Below, in pieces: positions 12,291 through 33,964 of a stretch of 64,000 nt of DNA. Below the pieces are notes generated by a model. The model did not search any database. It had not been told where the DNA came from and was given only the letters and a program-made list of their open reading frames with translations. The stretch spans positions 214,217-278,216 of the forward strand of contig NW_003526947.1 in assembly GCF_000181795.1 (NCBI RefSeq), read 5' to 3'. This stretch comes from Trichinella spiralis. Its lineage: Eukaryota. The position numbers and the translations under genes were made by a program. Within the stretch, counting starts at the first letter, position 1. Each line of letters starts with the position of its first letter.

Positions 12291-13450
12291 TATCACAAGC
12301 AGTCAACTTTGTAAGGTGTAAATAAAAATGATGGATTACTGTATCACCGCTTTTGCTTAATTTTCAAGTTTTGTAGATCAGTTCGCAAGTATTTATTTTT
12401 ATGAAAGTGACTATAAAAATAATAACATATAATCATTTTGAATATTATTTTAGAATAAAATAACTATACCGAATTTATAAAGTGAATAGATTTATGAATA
12501 ATTTATAATAAAATTCTAGCCGGTAATTTATCATTTGTAATTACAGTATTTCATTGGCACTTGCAAGATTTTTGAAAATAGCTGTGAAAATATTTTCAAT
12601 ATTTATTAGTTATTCATAAATTATTATAAATTTTTGGGCAAATTCTTTTCAACTGTATGGAATAGCAATTATAGGAATGTGGAAAGATTACAAGAAATAG
12701 AATACAAAATATTGCAGCATGATGTAACGCAGAAAGACAACATTGTATGCATATTCGCAAACAACATTTCAAAAAACTTTACAAGGGACATCATGGGCAG
12801 AAGAATTTTTTTATTAATGGTTTTTACAAAATGCATTTCATCAATTCAGACATTAAATATTTATTGTTGTATTAGAAATTGCATTGAAAATAAAGTAAAA
12901 ATTATAAAAAAGCAACAATAGGTGAAAATTAATATGCACATAAAGGTGATTATGTTTTTCGAGTAGAGAAGCAGTTTTCCTCCTGTTTATCAGGCAAATA
13001 AAATTTATTGAACATTCAGCTTTTAGCTTACTTTTATAAATTGTATTTTTTAAATGAAAATCACAATGCTTGCATTTTTTCTCAATTATTCTGAAAATCA
13101 TATACGCATTGTATATTTTTGTAAAATATACTGTTTATTGTGTGCAATCAAGGGCTACTTTCTTCTCCTCCATAAGACAATAAAATAAAAGCTCCGTGAG
13201 TGGCATATGTAATAAAAATTTTTTGCATGAATAAAAGAACCAACTGTTGATTAAAATAATAGAGAAGAAACAAATCACTCCAGTGTAAAAGTTTTGTAAA
13301 ATGTTTAGCAAAAAAGTGGAAAACATAAATACCGTCGAATGAACAACACAGATCAGTGAAATATGCATTGGTGTGCAATTGTGAAATTATGTTTTTGTTG
13401 TTGTTTGTCGTCTGCGCTGCTTGTAGTGAATTGTTTTAGGAAATGAGAAT

Positions 13451-14731
13451 TCAATTACAAAGTGGTGCTTCGATTTCGTTCAATTCGTCGTAGTCGTGGT
13501 ATATGTTGTCGGACATTTGCCAGAGTTGAAGGATGTTGTCTTCAGATACTGAGGCAATCATCCATGGATTTTGCAAGCCCCAAGAGAAGTCGGATATTTT
13601 AGCCGTATGACCGGCGTGGATGAACAACAATTCCGGCGGTCCATCAATTGCGTCGTCAGCCGTTTGCTCGTCACCAATTTTGCTCATATCCCAGACATGC
13701 AAGCGACGATCAGAGCCGCTGGATGCTAAAATGGTCTCGTTTTGCGACGACCATTGCACTTGGAAGATATCATCTTGGTGTGATTCGAAAGAATGCACTT
13801 TCAACGAGAGATTGCGCATATCCCATAAACCTACCGTATGGTCGGCAGAGCCTGTTGCCACCAAGCAGCCGTTGAAAGGATTAAATTCTACGCAGTAAAT
13901 TTCAGCTGGATGCGCCCTTACTGAATGCGTCGGTCGAAAGCGGTTGTCTTCTCTTATATCCCAAATCAACAGTAAATGATCGTCGCCGACGGAGGCAAAA
14001 ATATGCTGGTTATTCGAATGCCAAGCCACGTCTTCTACAATATGTGTGTGGCCTTCAAATATTGACAAAGCGTCCAAGCATCCAGCTTCCGTTGACTTGG
14101 CGTTGACATCCCACATGCAAACAGTGTGATCATCAGATGCGGAAATTAAATAGCCAAAACGAATACAATTCCAAGCGAGACCGAAACCTTCTCTTACGTG
14201 ACCACGCAAGCGAAGCGTGGGTTTGAAATCGCCAGACGGTTGAACTTTGTCCGTGCGTTTCGAAAAATCAAAAACGAATACTTCCGACGACGGAGACACG
14301 GTGGCAATAATATGCGCATTCTGTGGCATATAGCGTGCTCTATTCACTTCCCCCTCATGATTAACACGAGCTTCTATATGTAATTTACAAGAATAACCAT
14401 GCAATGCTCCGTGTTCCATTCCTTCATTGTCGTAATATGAACGATCGTAACACACTGCCTCTTCATCTATTAAGTTCACTGACATGGCTAATAATGAATT
14501 TTGTTCGTTAGCTGTATGCGTTCCAAGCAGCAAGCTGAAAGCGGTTGAATATGAACTAGTTTTCCATATCGGATGCGGAAGCCACTGGCAAGTAAGACTT
14601 GGCCATTCTAAGCAGTGCGTGATCAATTTATCATACAAAAATGGAACATTGCGCTTCCATATTTTGTAATCGTCGTTAATCATTCGCATTTCTGCAGTTT
14701 CATCCGATGGTGTGCTCAAATATGATGTCAT
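13451..14731 (-). CDS. RBBP4: Histone-binding WD40 protein of the RBBP4/RbAp48 family, coding region intronless
   Basis: INDDYKIWKRNVPFLYD...LEWPSLTCQW, HEGEVNRARYMPQN, DGPPELLFIHAGHTAKISDFSW, SVSEDNILQLWQM. Likely ATG at 14731, just downstream of a TTTCTTAG acceptor-like site. Confidence 0.95.
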   Translation of the reverse strand: MTSYLSTPSDETAEMRMINDDYKIWKRNVPFLYDKLITHCLEWPSLTCQWLPHPIWKTSSYSTAFSLLLGTHTANEQNSLLAMSVNLIDEEAVCYDRSYYDNEGMEHGALHGYSCKLHIEARVNHEGEVNRARYMPQNAHIIATVSPSSEVFVFDFSKRTDKVQPSGDFKPTLRLRGHVREGFGLAWNCIRFGYLISASDDHTVCMWDVNAKSTEAGCLDALSIFEGHTHIVEDVAWHSNNQHIFASVGDDHLLLIWDIREDNRFRPTHSVRAHPAEIYCVEFNPFNGCLVATGSADHTVGLWDMRNLSLKVHSFESHQDDIFQVQWSSQNETILASSGSDRRLHVWDMSKIGDEQTADDAIDGPPELLFIHAGHTAKISDFSWGLQNPWMIASVSEDNILQLWQMSDNIYHDYDELNEIEAPLCN

Positions 14732-16162
14732 TTTATCAGAATTCACCAAATTACCTAAGAAAGATATTTCTGTCATTGTATACAATATATATTTTTTCAA
14801 TACATAAATAATACATTAATCAATAATACGTTTTTTCAATACAATAAAATACAATATTTATTAAAATATTAGGAATTATTATATTTTGAAAACTGCGTAA
14901 TTACAAGTACTTAGACAACAGTTTGCAATATACTTAAGAAATGCAAAAGTTTCACATTATTACAGTGCTTTAGTTTTCAAGAATTTAAATTAAAAATTAA
15001 CGAAGAACAAAAGCTTCAGCATGAAGCATTCCATTCTAAAGCATTCGTAAGTTCAATGCATGTCAAAACGGTTCAAAGTTGTTTATGAAAATTTTGTTCC
15101 AAAAATTTACAGTGCTTGAAATTGTGGCAATTATCTTATGCTTACACAAAATATATTTAAATATTTGCGTATGAAGTTACTGTTCAGATGAACAAATGAC
15201 ATCCGATCGAAAAAGAGAAAATAATCATTGCAAATGTCGGATGAAGAGATATAAAAGCATGAATTTCAAGTAATGCAGTAAAGTAAATAGTCAAATATGC
15301 TGAATAAGTAACTACTACATTACATTTCTTGAATAAAACAAGAAAGAAACAAAACAATAACTGATGGCATATTTACAGTATAATCAAAATAAATGTGTCA
15401 CCAATTTAAATACAGTAACCAATCAAAAAATTGATATTCCAGTTTCTCAAAATAAATCAAAATTAATCCATCTTATCCAAAGTACTTAAATTTTACATAA
15501 AATTATTATAACTGTATTACAGGAACTTGAATTATGTTTTTGTAAATTTTAATTTCAGTATATTGACATACATATGTAGCGTACATCATTATTGCATTAT
15601 TATAATTATTGAATAAATTTAAAATGTTAGAAATATATAAAAGCTAATTTTTTATTTATTTTAATATTTATCAGAATTTTAGTCAATTTAAAAATTGCAT
15701 AAGATACAGTATCTGAAATCACTTTTTCAAGTTTCTTAAAATTGAACTGTATAAATGCTGTTCTCTGCATAGTGAATATTGAACAAAGATAATAAATTAA
15801 TAACAAGTAATTAAAAATTTTTTGCTTTGTTTACTTCTAAAATGATTAAACTCAATTTATAATGCTAATTGTGCTTCGTTTTTGTAAACGATACTGTAGT
15901 TTGTCTATTTTTTAATGAATTTGTTGTTTGTTAGATTATTACAAATGTGCATTGTTACTTTTGTTAAATGCATCCTGATTTTTTAATTCTGTGCATTAAG
16001 CATGTTATATCAATAATTGTTTCATAACTTCATAAATTGTTTATTTTAGAAGAGATTAACAAATTATGTTCGAGTTGCTTTGATGTTTTTAGTTGTTTTT
16101 TTCAGTATATTACTGTATTATATTGAATTTCAATTGTTAATTTTACATTAAGTAGGTAATTG

Positions 16163-18103
16163 ATGGACCATAGTAATGAAAGAATCCATGTTGAAGAAAT
16201 TTGCAGCCGCAAGACTCCTACTTTGGATTGGAATGCACTAGCAATAATGAAGTCAGTTTTGAAACTATGCATTAACAAGCGTAAAGAATAGATGAATGGA
16301 AATAATTTTAGAAATTTATACAATAATGTTTGATATCAACTTCGAAATTCAATATGATGTACTACTTAAAAATGTTTGCATATTTTGAGACATAAAAAGA
16401 GACGCGCTACGATAAAGAAATTTAAAAGAAGTATTCGTCGTCAACGTCGAGTTGCGAATTCTTCTTCGACCATCGGTGACCAAAGTCAGAAAAGAATCAT
16501 TGTAATGAAAACGAAGTTGTTGCTTAATTTCTCTATATTTCATTCAGCTATTTGTGAAACTTCTGTAGTAATTCATTCAGAGTACGATGAAGAGGAATGG
16601 TTGCGAAGGGAGTCTGTTGCACGTGCAGAATTTTTGAAAAGCAATGAACAAAAGGACAATGTAATTTGCTTTCATTGTTTATTATTTTTTTTGCTTATAA
16701 CTGTTTTTTAGAATATTCTTTCCGATGCTGCGTTGCTTGAAACAGTAAATTTTGGTGTAAGTTTATCAAGAAAATTTTTTAAAATTGAAAGTAACAGTCA
16801 ATTTTTATTATTGCATTAGCATGTATTTGTGCTGTGCCAAGTGAAATGAGAAATGTTTCATCAGTTTTTTTTGAATTACGTACCATTACAACTATTTGTA
16901 AATAAAGTTTATTACAAAATTAAACGTATTTTAAAATGATATTCTGTATAATGAGATGATCAGTGTGCGTATAATGAAGTTATTTGTGAAAAGCAGTTAT
17001 TATGTACGTATGTAAATATAAGTTCATACATAAACTATGCAGTTATTTAGAAAAAAACTTTTTCATTGGCTAATGCTTTATTATTTTAATAATTTTTGTT
17101 TGTATGATTAAAACAAATGCATATTATTACTGTATTTAGTTTTTGAAAGTTTTATTGATGTCATGTTTGCTTTACATTTGTAGTAAATTATGGCTTGAAC
17201 TAGTCGTGAAAGCTGTGGATTTTTTTAAATTTTTGTGAAAAAAATTTTTAATGATCAGAACTGTAGAGACATGCCTTTTGTCTTTAGAATATTGACCATG
17301 ACGTTTTTTTGTCAGCAGCTGAAGTTCCAAATGTTCACATTTGGAATAGCAAAGTTTCCTGTCCATATTTTTCTAGAGTGGGCAGTTGTCCGCATTATCC
17401 GCACTCGTATGTTAAAAAAATCAAATATTTGTTTTTGCTTTTGTTTTTTATAATATTTTATTTTTTCATGTAGATGTACTTTTGTTCATGAAATTCCTGA
17501 TAAATCTGCTATATTGCTTATTTCCAACTTTTTCCGTCACTTTGCACTAGTTGAACCATGTTTAAACGAATCATCAGAGGAAGACATGTGGCTACTGTAT
17601 GACAAATTTGAACTTTATCAAGAATTTTGTGATTTCTTTATTGATATTGAAAACCAGCTAAAAGAATTTGGCAAACTTAAAAAATTAATTGTTTGTCAGA
17701 ATATAGTACGGCATCTTCGTGGCAATGTTTACGTCGAATATGCAAAGTTGGTTTTTCAAGAACATTGTCCGGGTTGGTCAGAATTACTGATATGACGTTT
17801 CAGGCAAGACGAAGCCAGAGCGGCCATGGTTGGCTTGTATGGTCGTTGGTACAATCGAATGCAAATTTATCCGAGATTAGTTTCTGTGAACTGGACCGAT
17901 GCGCTTTGCAGTTGAGGAACTTTCTTTCTCTTCTTTTCATCGCATAATATATTTTAAAATTATAACAATTATGAATAATTATTTATATTTATTTCTTTTT
18001 CCTTTTAATAGATGAATTCGTGCGTTTCAAAAAATGCCAGCGAAATCCCACTTGCTATTTACTTCATCCATTTCAAAATCCCACACCAAAGCGCCGTACT
18101 TGA
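16163..18103 (+). CDS. ZRSR2: U2AF35-related protein ZRSR2/URP (multi-exon; middle exons uncertain)
   Basis: Basic N-terminal segment HKKRRATIKKFKRSIRRQRR and EEEWLRRE. CCCH finger CPYFSRVGSC...CTFVH, UHM FCDFFIDIENQLKEFG...VCQNIVRHLRGNVYVEY...GRWY, second CCCH ALC...CQRNPTCYLLHPFQNP. Confidence 0.85.
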
Positions 18104-21100
18104 TCTGCTTTTTTTGAAAAGAAATTTGCATATCGGAGCAATTATTTTTTTTTGTTAAGTTGAAAATAAATTTATAACTAGTAACTATTATTTTTATTGT
18201 AGTTTTCAGTTGTTGTAGTTGCGCTCTTACGGACAGTGGTGTGCATGTATGTTGGTAGGTTTTACGTTGATGTAGAATTGAAATATTGTTTACATTTGAT
18301 GAATATATTTAATTTTTTTTATTTATTTAAATACGTAAATCAATCAATCAGTTAATATACATGAACATTTATATTTATATATGCATTTTCTTTTTGATAA
18401 ATTTGTTTGTATTTTATATTGTATCATAATAATTGAATTATTTAAGGAGATAAAGTGACAAGGTTGAACAAACGAGAGAAAGAACATTTCTTTTTCAATG
18501 ACAGATTTCTGCTTTTGAATATTGTAAGATACGTGAGAAAAGTGTTGTTTTGGGACAAATTATAACAGAATTCAATAACAAAATAAGGAAGAAATCACTG
18601 AAAGTATGTTTTGAATATACATGCACTGTAATATATGCACTTTTATTAAAGTGAATTTCTTTTTTAGTTACTATACTTTTAAAGTCAATTTAAATTTTTT
18701 AAGTGCAAATTTACATTTGATAAGTTTTAAAATAACGATAGAAACTGGAGTGTTGATGGAATTAAAATTGTATTGTTTTCTTTATTTTTTTCATCTGTTC
18801 TTTGGTTTTATTTTAAGCATATTCGTGTGAGGGTAAATGCGTGTTATTTACAATTGATGGCATATTTTATTTCTCAATATTGTCCATTTACTGGATTTTC
18901 TTTTTGCTTTTTGAACGGAATGAATATGAGTAGATGCGAACAGCGGCGATCGATTGGCAATGATCAGGCAGCTGAATGCTACCACTATCCGCTTAACAGA
19001 TGTGTTAAGCTGAAACGCAAAGCTTTCAAGTTTAATTAAACATCTACTGTAGATGCGCTCAAGCCGCAAATGAATTATCTTACTGTAATAACAAGCCTGA
19101 CACGGCGGTGTCATTACATAATTGTGTTATGGCTAGTGAGGAAAATGTTGAGAAGAAAATGCTGTCCAATTTACTGGACACAGGCATTACTTAATTAATA
19201 TGTTTTAACGTGAAGTGGTGTATCACTTGAGCTTTCTCCATTCATTGAGCACATCCGACAATAGAGCAGCACAAGTATATCTTGAAACATCGCAAGTCAA
19301 AATATTTGTTTAACTTAGGAAATCTTTTTTATTCTTCATTTAATTAATGTGAAATTTCTTTAAATTCATATAAGTGCAGTAACAAACTGTTCAGTTACCA
19401 TTGTATCATCTACATTTGAAACTTTGAATAGATTTGCAAATGAAGTTGTTAAAATATAAATTGTGTTTATATTTTTGATTTAATATTACTGAAAAACGTA
19501 ACATGCACAATTACACATTTTTCAGTTTTACATTTTTAAAGCATATTGTGCATTAGGAAAAAATTTAATTTTGATCATTGGCTTTTTATTTAGCCGTATT
19601 CAAAAAAAGACTAAAACATATGTGAAAGTATTTTTTGCAGTAATCAGTCGGTATTGCTGTTGAAAGTAAGATGTGCATTTGAAATGGTTGTTTCTGTTTT
19701 AAAAATTAATTTCCTTATTGTTTCCAAATGAATATTTATTAAAAATTTGGACAGCATTGCAACATTCAACCTCTAATGAAACTTGATAATTTGACATTTT
19801 TCTTTTCTTCTTTTAGGAACATTTTTTTTTAATTTAAGGCAAATTTTATTCTTTATTATTATATTGGTGAGAATTTTAACAACGTTTTAATATTAATTGC
19901 ATTTGAATTATTAGTTTCTTCTGTATGCACATGTAAGCGGATGTAATATACAATTGAAACGGGATGTTGCATGCAATGTGTTTGTGTTGTTTTTCAACTT
20001 TTCATATTTCTATTTAAAGCATGATTCTGTGAAAGCAGAAAGCGATGAAAATTGTTCATTTTTGTTTTGAATTTATAAGAGGATTTATGAAATGGAATTA
20101 TAATAATTGAATAAATTTTAGCACATTTTTGTTTGACATAATCAATTCAATCCTATTTCATAGTTGAGTAGCATTGTAGAGGTAAAATAAACAGAACGCT
20201 GATTGAAGTTGAACAAATGTCATTAATCTGTTCAACATTCTTGCGATATGAAGGAAGAATTTAATTAAAAATGTTGTAAAGAGCTGCACTGTAATAATTC
20301 TTCTCTAGCCTCCGGTGCTCAGTATTTTGTAATAGTTCTTTTTAGAAAAATATTAAAAGCACACAGGGCAGATAAGAGTGACTTTTCTTTTGAAAAGTGC
20401 TGAATCGAATTCGAATACGTGAATTCGACCTATGAAAAAGATTATTTCACAATGCATCTTTCTTTTATTCAACAATCAGGCTTAAAGTTTAGCAAATTAT
20501 TTGGATATATCAGAAAAAGCATCTACTATCGCAATTGTGCATCATACAATTTTAATTAATAACTTTGATTTTTAAATATCTATTTTAATATTCTGTACAT
20601 TGCAGGAAGTATGAAAATATTTTTTTATTTTATTTTAAAATTTATCATAGCTTTTAATTTACGATGCAATAAAATTATATATCTATATATATTATATAAA
20701 ATTAACAATGTATCATTTTCTGTTTGATCGAATATTAAGCATTTTGATTATTTCAAATTATAGGCAGTTAAGCTATTTTTATACTTACAGCTGGGACTAT
20801 TTTTGATAAGCTGCTTTTCCTTTGCTTTATCAGGATTTAATTTTTTAATTCAGTGTTTTTAGTTTAATTTTAGTAAAGTAGAAATTTAAGGACCCTTCTG
20901 TTGTCAATCGAGAATTGGCAATATGGTGGTTTTTGTCAATTTTTTTGCGTAGGTGAATTTTTATACAGCAAAATGAATTCAGTTTTTAGAATGCAATGAC
21001 TGTTTCGAAAAGAAATGCATTATTTTAAAAGCATCTTTAATAAATGATGCAAACAGTGCACAAACTGCTGCCTTTGCTTAGATAAGATGAAGATGGGTTT

Positions 21101-22489
21101 TCTGTTTGATCGAATAAAAAAGAAATTAAGATTACTTCCTCACTTGTAATGTTCTATAAAATACATTCATTTTGAATATGCACTATTTGAAGCAACTGTT
21201 TATTCTTTTCTTACATTACAGTTTTACAGTTAAATAAATCGTAAACTGTAGGGCTTTCTTGCACTAGCCAAAAAGCTTAATATCATTGCATTTTATCGTT
21301 GCATTTTAATCGGAATTTTATTCTCGTAAATTTATTTCACATATAATGATTCATTTTTATTTCACACACTTTTCTGAATACGTGACATGTTCTTAATGTT
21401 TTGAATTAAAAAAAAACATTAGATTGATGTAATTGCGCTCATCACATAGCATCTGATGACATTAAAATTAATTGTTAGCTTAACCATGCATTTATGCTGT
21501 TGTTCATTTATATGCTTAGTCAGTGTTTCATTATTTTAAAAATCAGAAGAATAAAGGGAAGTACTGATGCAATATCTTTTTGTGAAAAATTTTCCAATGA
21601 AATCTATGAAAACCTGAAAAAAACGTAAATATTTGCGAATATGTTCATATTAAAATACATTTCATTCCTAAATAATTTTATTTATTATATTTAAAGCAAT
21701 GAATCAATAACAAAGACAAACAATAAATAAGTGCAATTTCAAAAATATGCAGACGAAAGTTGTCCTGTAAACAGTAGCTCAAATAGTTATTCACAACTTT
21801 GCACTGAATTTTTAAATTTTGCATTTTACTGTATTTAATATCACAAATATGGCATCATTTATTTTTTCAATACTTTGCTTTTATGTAGCTGTTATTCGGT
21901 TAGAAAGAACGCCATTTTAAATTAAATTTCTTGTTATGCATTGTAAAAGTTTCCTGCAAAGTCAATGAAAAGAATTGATTTCATCTTATGAACAAAACAA
22001 AAATGAAAAGAAATATGAAAAACAACATCAAAAGTAAAAATTTTTTATTTATAATAGTGCGTGCAGAAAAAATTAAAATTTGAATTCCTCTTTTACTTAC
22101 AAGTAGTAGTATGTTTCAAGTGCGACGAATGTTATATGAAAAAATGATTTCATTGATTTCACCACAATTTACTTTTATTTGTGTTATATATATATATATA
22201 TATATATATTCAGCACTCGTTTTCAGGATTTAAATCTATTTTGTATTTGCAAAAATATATATTAATTTTTTTATTGTTTTGTAGAGGTAAAACAAAATGA
22301 TCTTTTTGAAACTAGTGAAATTTCAGAATTTGATGTGGCCATTGTTCATATTATGAATATGAAGGAATTATTTTCAAGTATATTAACATTTGCTGAATGG
22401 GTTTCATTTGCAATTGATTACAGTAAGTTTGGGTGATGAATTTGATCAAACTTTAACGTAACGGTTTCTTTTCTTTCAGTTACCATTGT

Positions 22490-22860
22490 TAAAAGGCCCC
22501 AGGCACTGTCTCGTCAAGTTAATATAGTGAAATATATGAAATGGCGGCAGCTGTCTTTGCCAACTTGCACGTGACGCATCAAGCCGCTTTAAGGCGCTTA
22601 TAGACATTGCGTGAAGTTTGTTGTTAATCTGCTTCTCTGGTCGTTAGTTTGGGTTAGAACTGCCTTAGGCGGGCCGAATAGACGGTCGCAAGTGTTGGTT
22701 GAGCGTTGTTCCCAATGTGCCTTGGCGTAATATCTAATCGACTGTTGAAATTGCATCGCCGGTGCTGACAACCGATTGATTGGCCAGCCGCAGGCATTGT
22801 AAGGCTATTGATTGGTCAGCCGGCGGCTGTGATCGATCTGTTTTTTGGCCAATCAACATA
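22490..22860 (+). promoter_or_regulatory. GC-rich upstream regulatory island of the AP-2 gene: four GCCNNNGGC sites and three CCAAT boxes
   Basis: GCCNNNGGC at 22496, 22662, 22787 and 22819. ATTGG/CCAAT at 22779, 22811 and 22849. Lies ~300-650 bp upstream of the ATG at 23156. Confidence 0.6.
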
Positions 22861-23155
22861 CAACATCAGCGAAGCTTATTCGTCGACTGGCACTAAGGCG
22901 TCGCTTCAGGTGTTCAAGTCTTTCGATACCGTCGGCATAGAATCAAAGTGGACACAGACAGAAAGCCAGAGGATGAGACTGGGCTAAACGTAAGAGGGGG
23001 AGGTGAACAGCAACTCTGGTTACGAAGCAAAAGCTGAGCTGGCACCTGCATGACGGCTACACTGGCAGTACCACCAGAAGCACTTCTAGAGGGAAATTGG
23101 CTGCTAATTCAATCCGTCTTCTAATTGTTTTTCACTATTAGCTGCATTGACCATC

Positions 23156-32292
<9,137 letters not shown>

Positions 32293-33964
32293 TCGTATGT
32301 CAGTTTCATGCTGCTTTTTTTTTAAAGTAAAGATCCATCCATTCGAACGAGAATATCTGATGTGTTCGTTTATTTGGTCGCTTGAAACAGTCATTCAGCC
32401 TGTTTCATTTTCTAAAATCATTTAAATGACTACTAGCGTTGCTTGTATTGTTAGCGAAGTTTTTTTTTCTTTTTCTTTTTGCATTTACGCGTCCTTGTTA
32501 TTATTTCAGTGTATGTTGCTATAGGTTATAGAGCGTTTTTCTTTCATGTGCTTCATTTCAAATTTTCATTTAAATTACCTCTTAGTGAACGCCTACGTTA
32601 TTGCTTGAAAAGAACTTTATTTTAAAAGCAAAAGCTTCGATTGCAGTGAAGTATATGAATTTATGTTGTTCGTTTCATAAATTATGCTTAAAATGCAGTT
32701 TTTTTCTGCAGATTATTAAAAGTTGAAACAAAAATGTTTGTTTATTGTTAATTTGGACTACTTCAGTATGACCAAATGGTTATGAACACTATCCTGAGCA
32801 GATTATCGGACAGATGCAAATTTCCAATTTTAGGCGATTAAAAAACTTTCCCTTCTTCTATGTTGTAGCATATGTTATATTTTGAGACAAATGAGAATCG
32901 CACATGACCAAGTAAGAGGCGATACTGTAAGTTAGATAGAAAAAAGAAATGCGTTTGTGTTTGTGTGAATCATTCAGCGTGTTGCTATTTGATTGCTACT
33001 AAAGAATTTGCACGTGACTGAACAAAGATCTTACATGAGTAAAAATAAAAATCGATAGAGCAGAGCACCATAATAAAAGCCGAATACTTAATTTCTGGGG
33101 AGTATTCTTTTAACTGTTATAAACGATTCAGAAGAATATAGAAGTTTAGTGTCTGAACAGAAGAAGCAGAATGAACTTATTCGTGTTAATTCTGTTAACA
33201 AAAAAAAATATTACGTGAAATATACGTTTCAAGCATCAAAAATTATTTAGCATTGCATACCAAAAGTACCATTTAAAATTTACAAAACAACTAGTTTAAA
33301 ATGTTTGATATTGCATAAAAAGAGCAAAAGTCCCCACAAAAGTAAAAACTTACAAACTGGAATCTTGCTTACTAATTTAACACGCGGTGATACGGTTAGC
33401 TTTTGACGATCACCGATGCGAGATATATCACTGGTTTTCAACGTTTATTCATAAACAGATACAAGCACTAACAACACACACACATCCAAGCGTGTAACTA
33501 CTAAGCTATCGCACAACGCGCCGCGATCATACTATGTACAATGAATGTACTGCTTATTAAGTAATGTAATTATTAATTCGTATGAATGTTCGTACTGCTA
33601 GATCGACGCGGGCATTTGAATTTTAAATCGGTCAACGTAAATAATCAATCTTGAACTGGCGCCTGCCCTATTTTTTCCCTTTCGACCTTGACCTTTTTTT
33701 CACAATTGCTTTCACAATTGTACTCATCACATACATTAATGCGACGCTATTCAGTAGTGAATTCAAGTTTGTTTCAAAAAATTGCAATAATTAATTTAAT
33801 GTAATATTTTTGTTTGTAGAATATGAATAAATAAACTTTTATTTTAATTCACAATGAAAAAAGTAATAACATAACCGCAGACGACATATTAAACTTTATT
33901 GTCTAAATATTGTAGGTAGTACGGTAGAAGAAGTGTTTTCAAAATTTGTGAAGTACTTGGAATA

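Noticed and set aside
33388..33730. Possible solo LTR (TG...CA, AATAAA on the minus strand) upstream of the HDAC
   Set aside because: No TSD or second copy is visible, and it may simply be promoter sequence.
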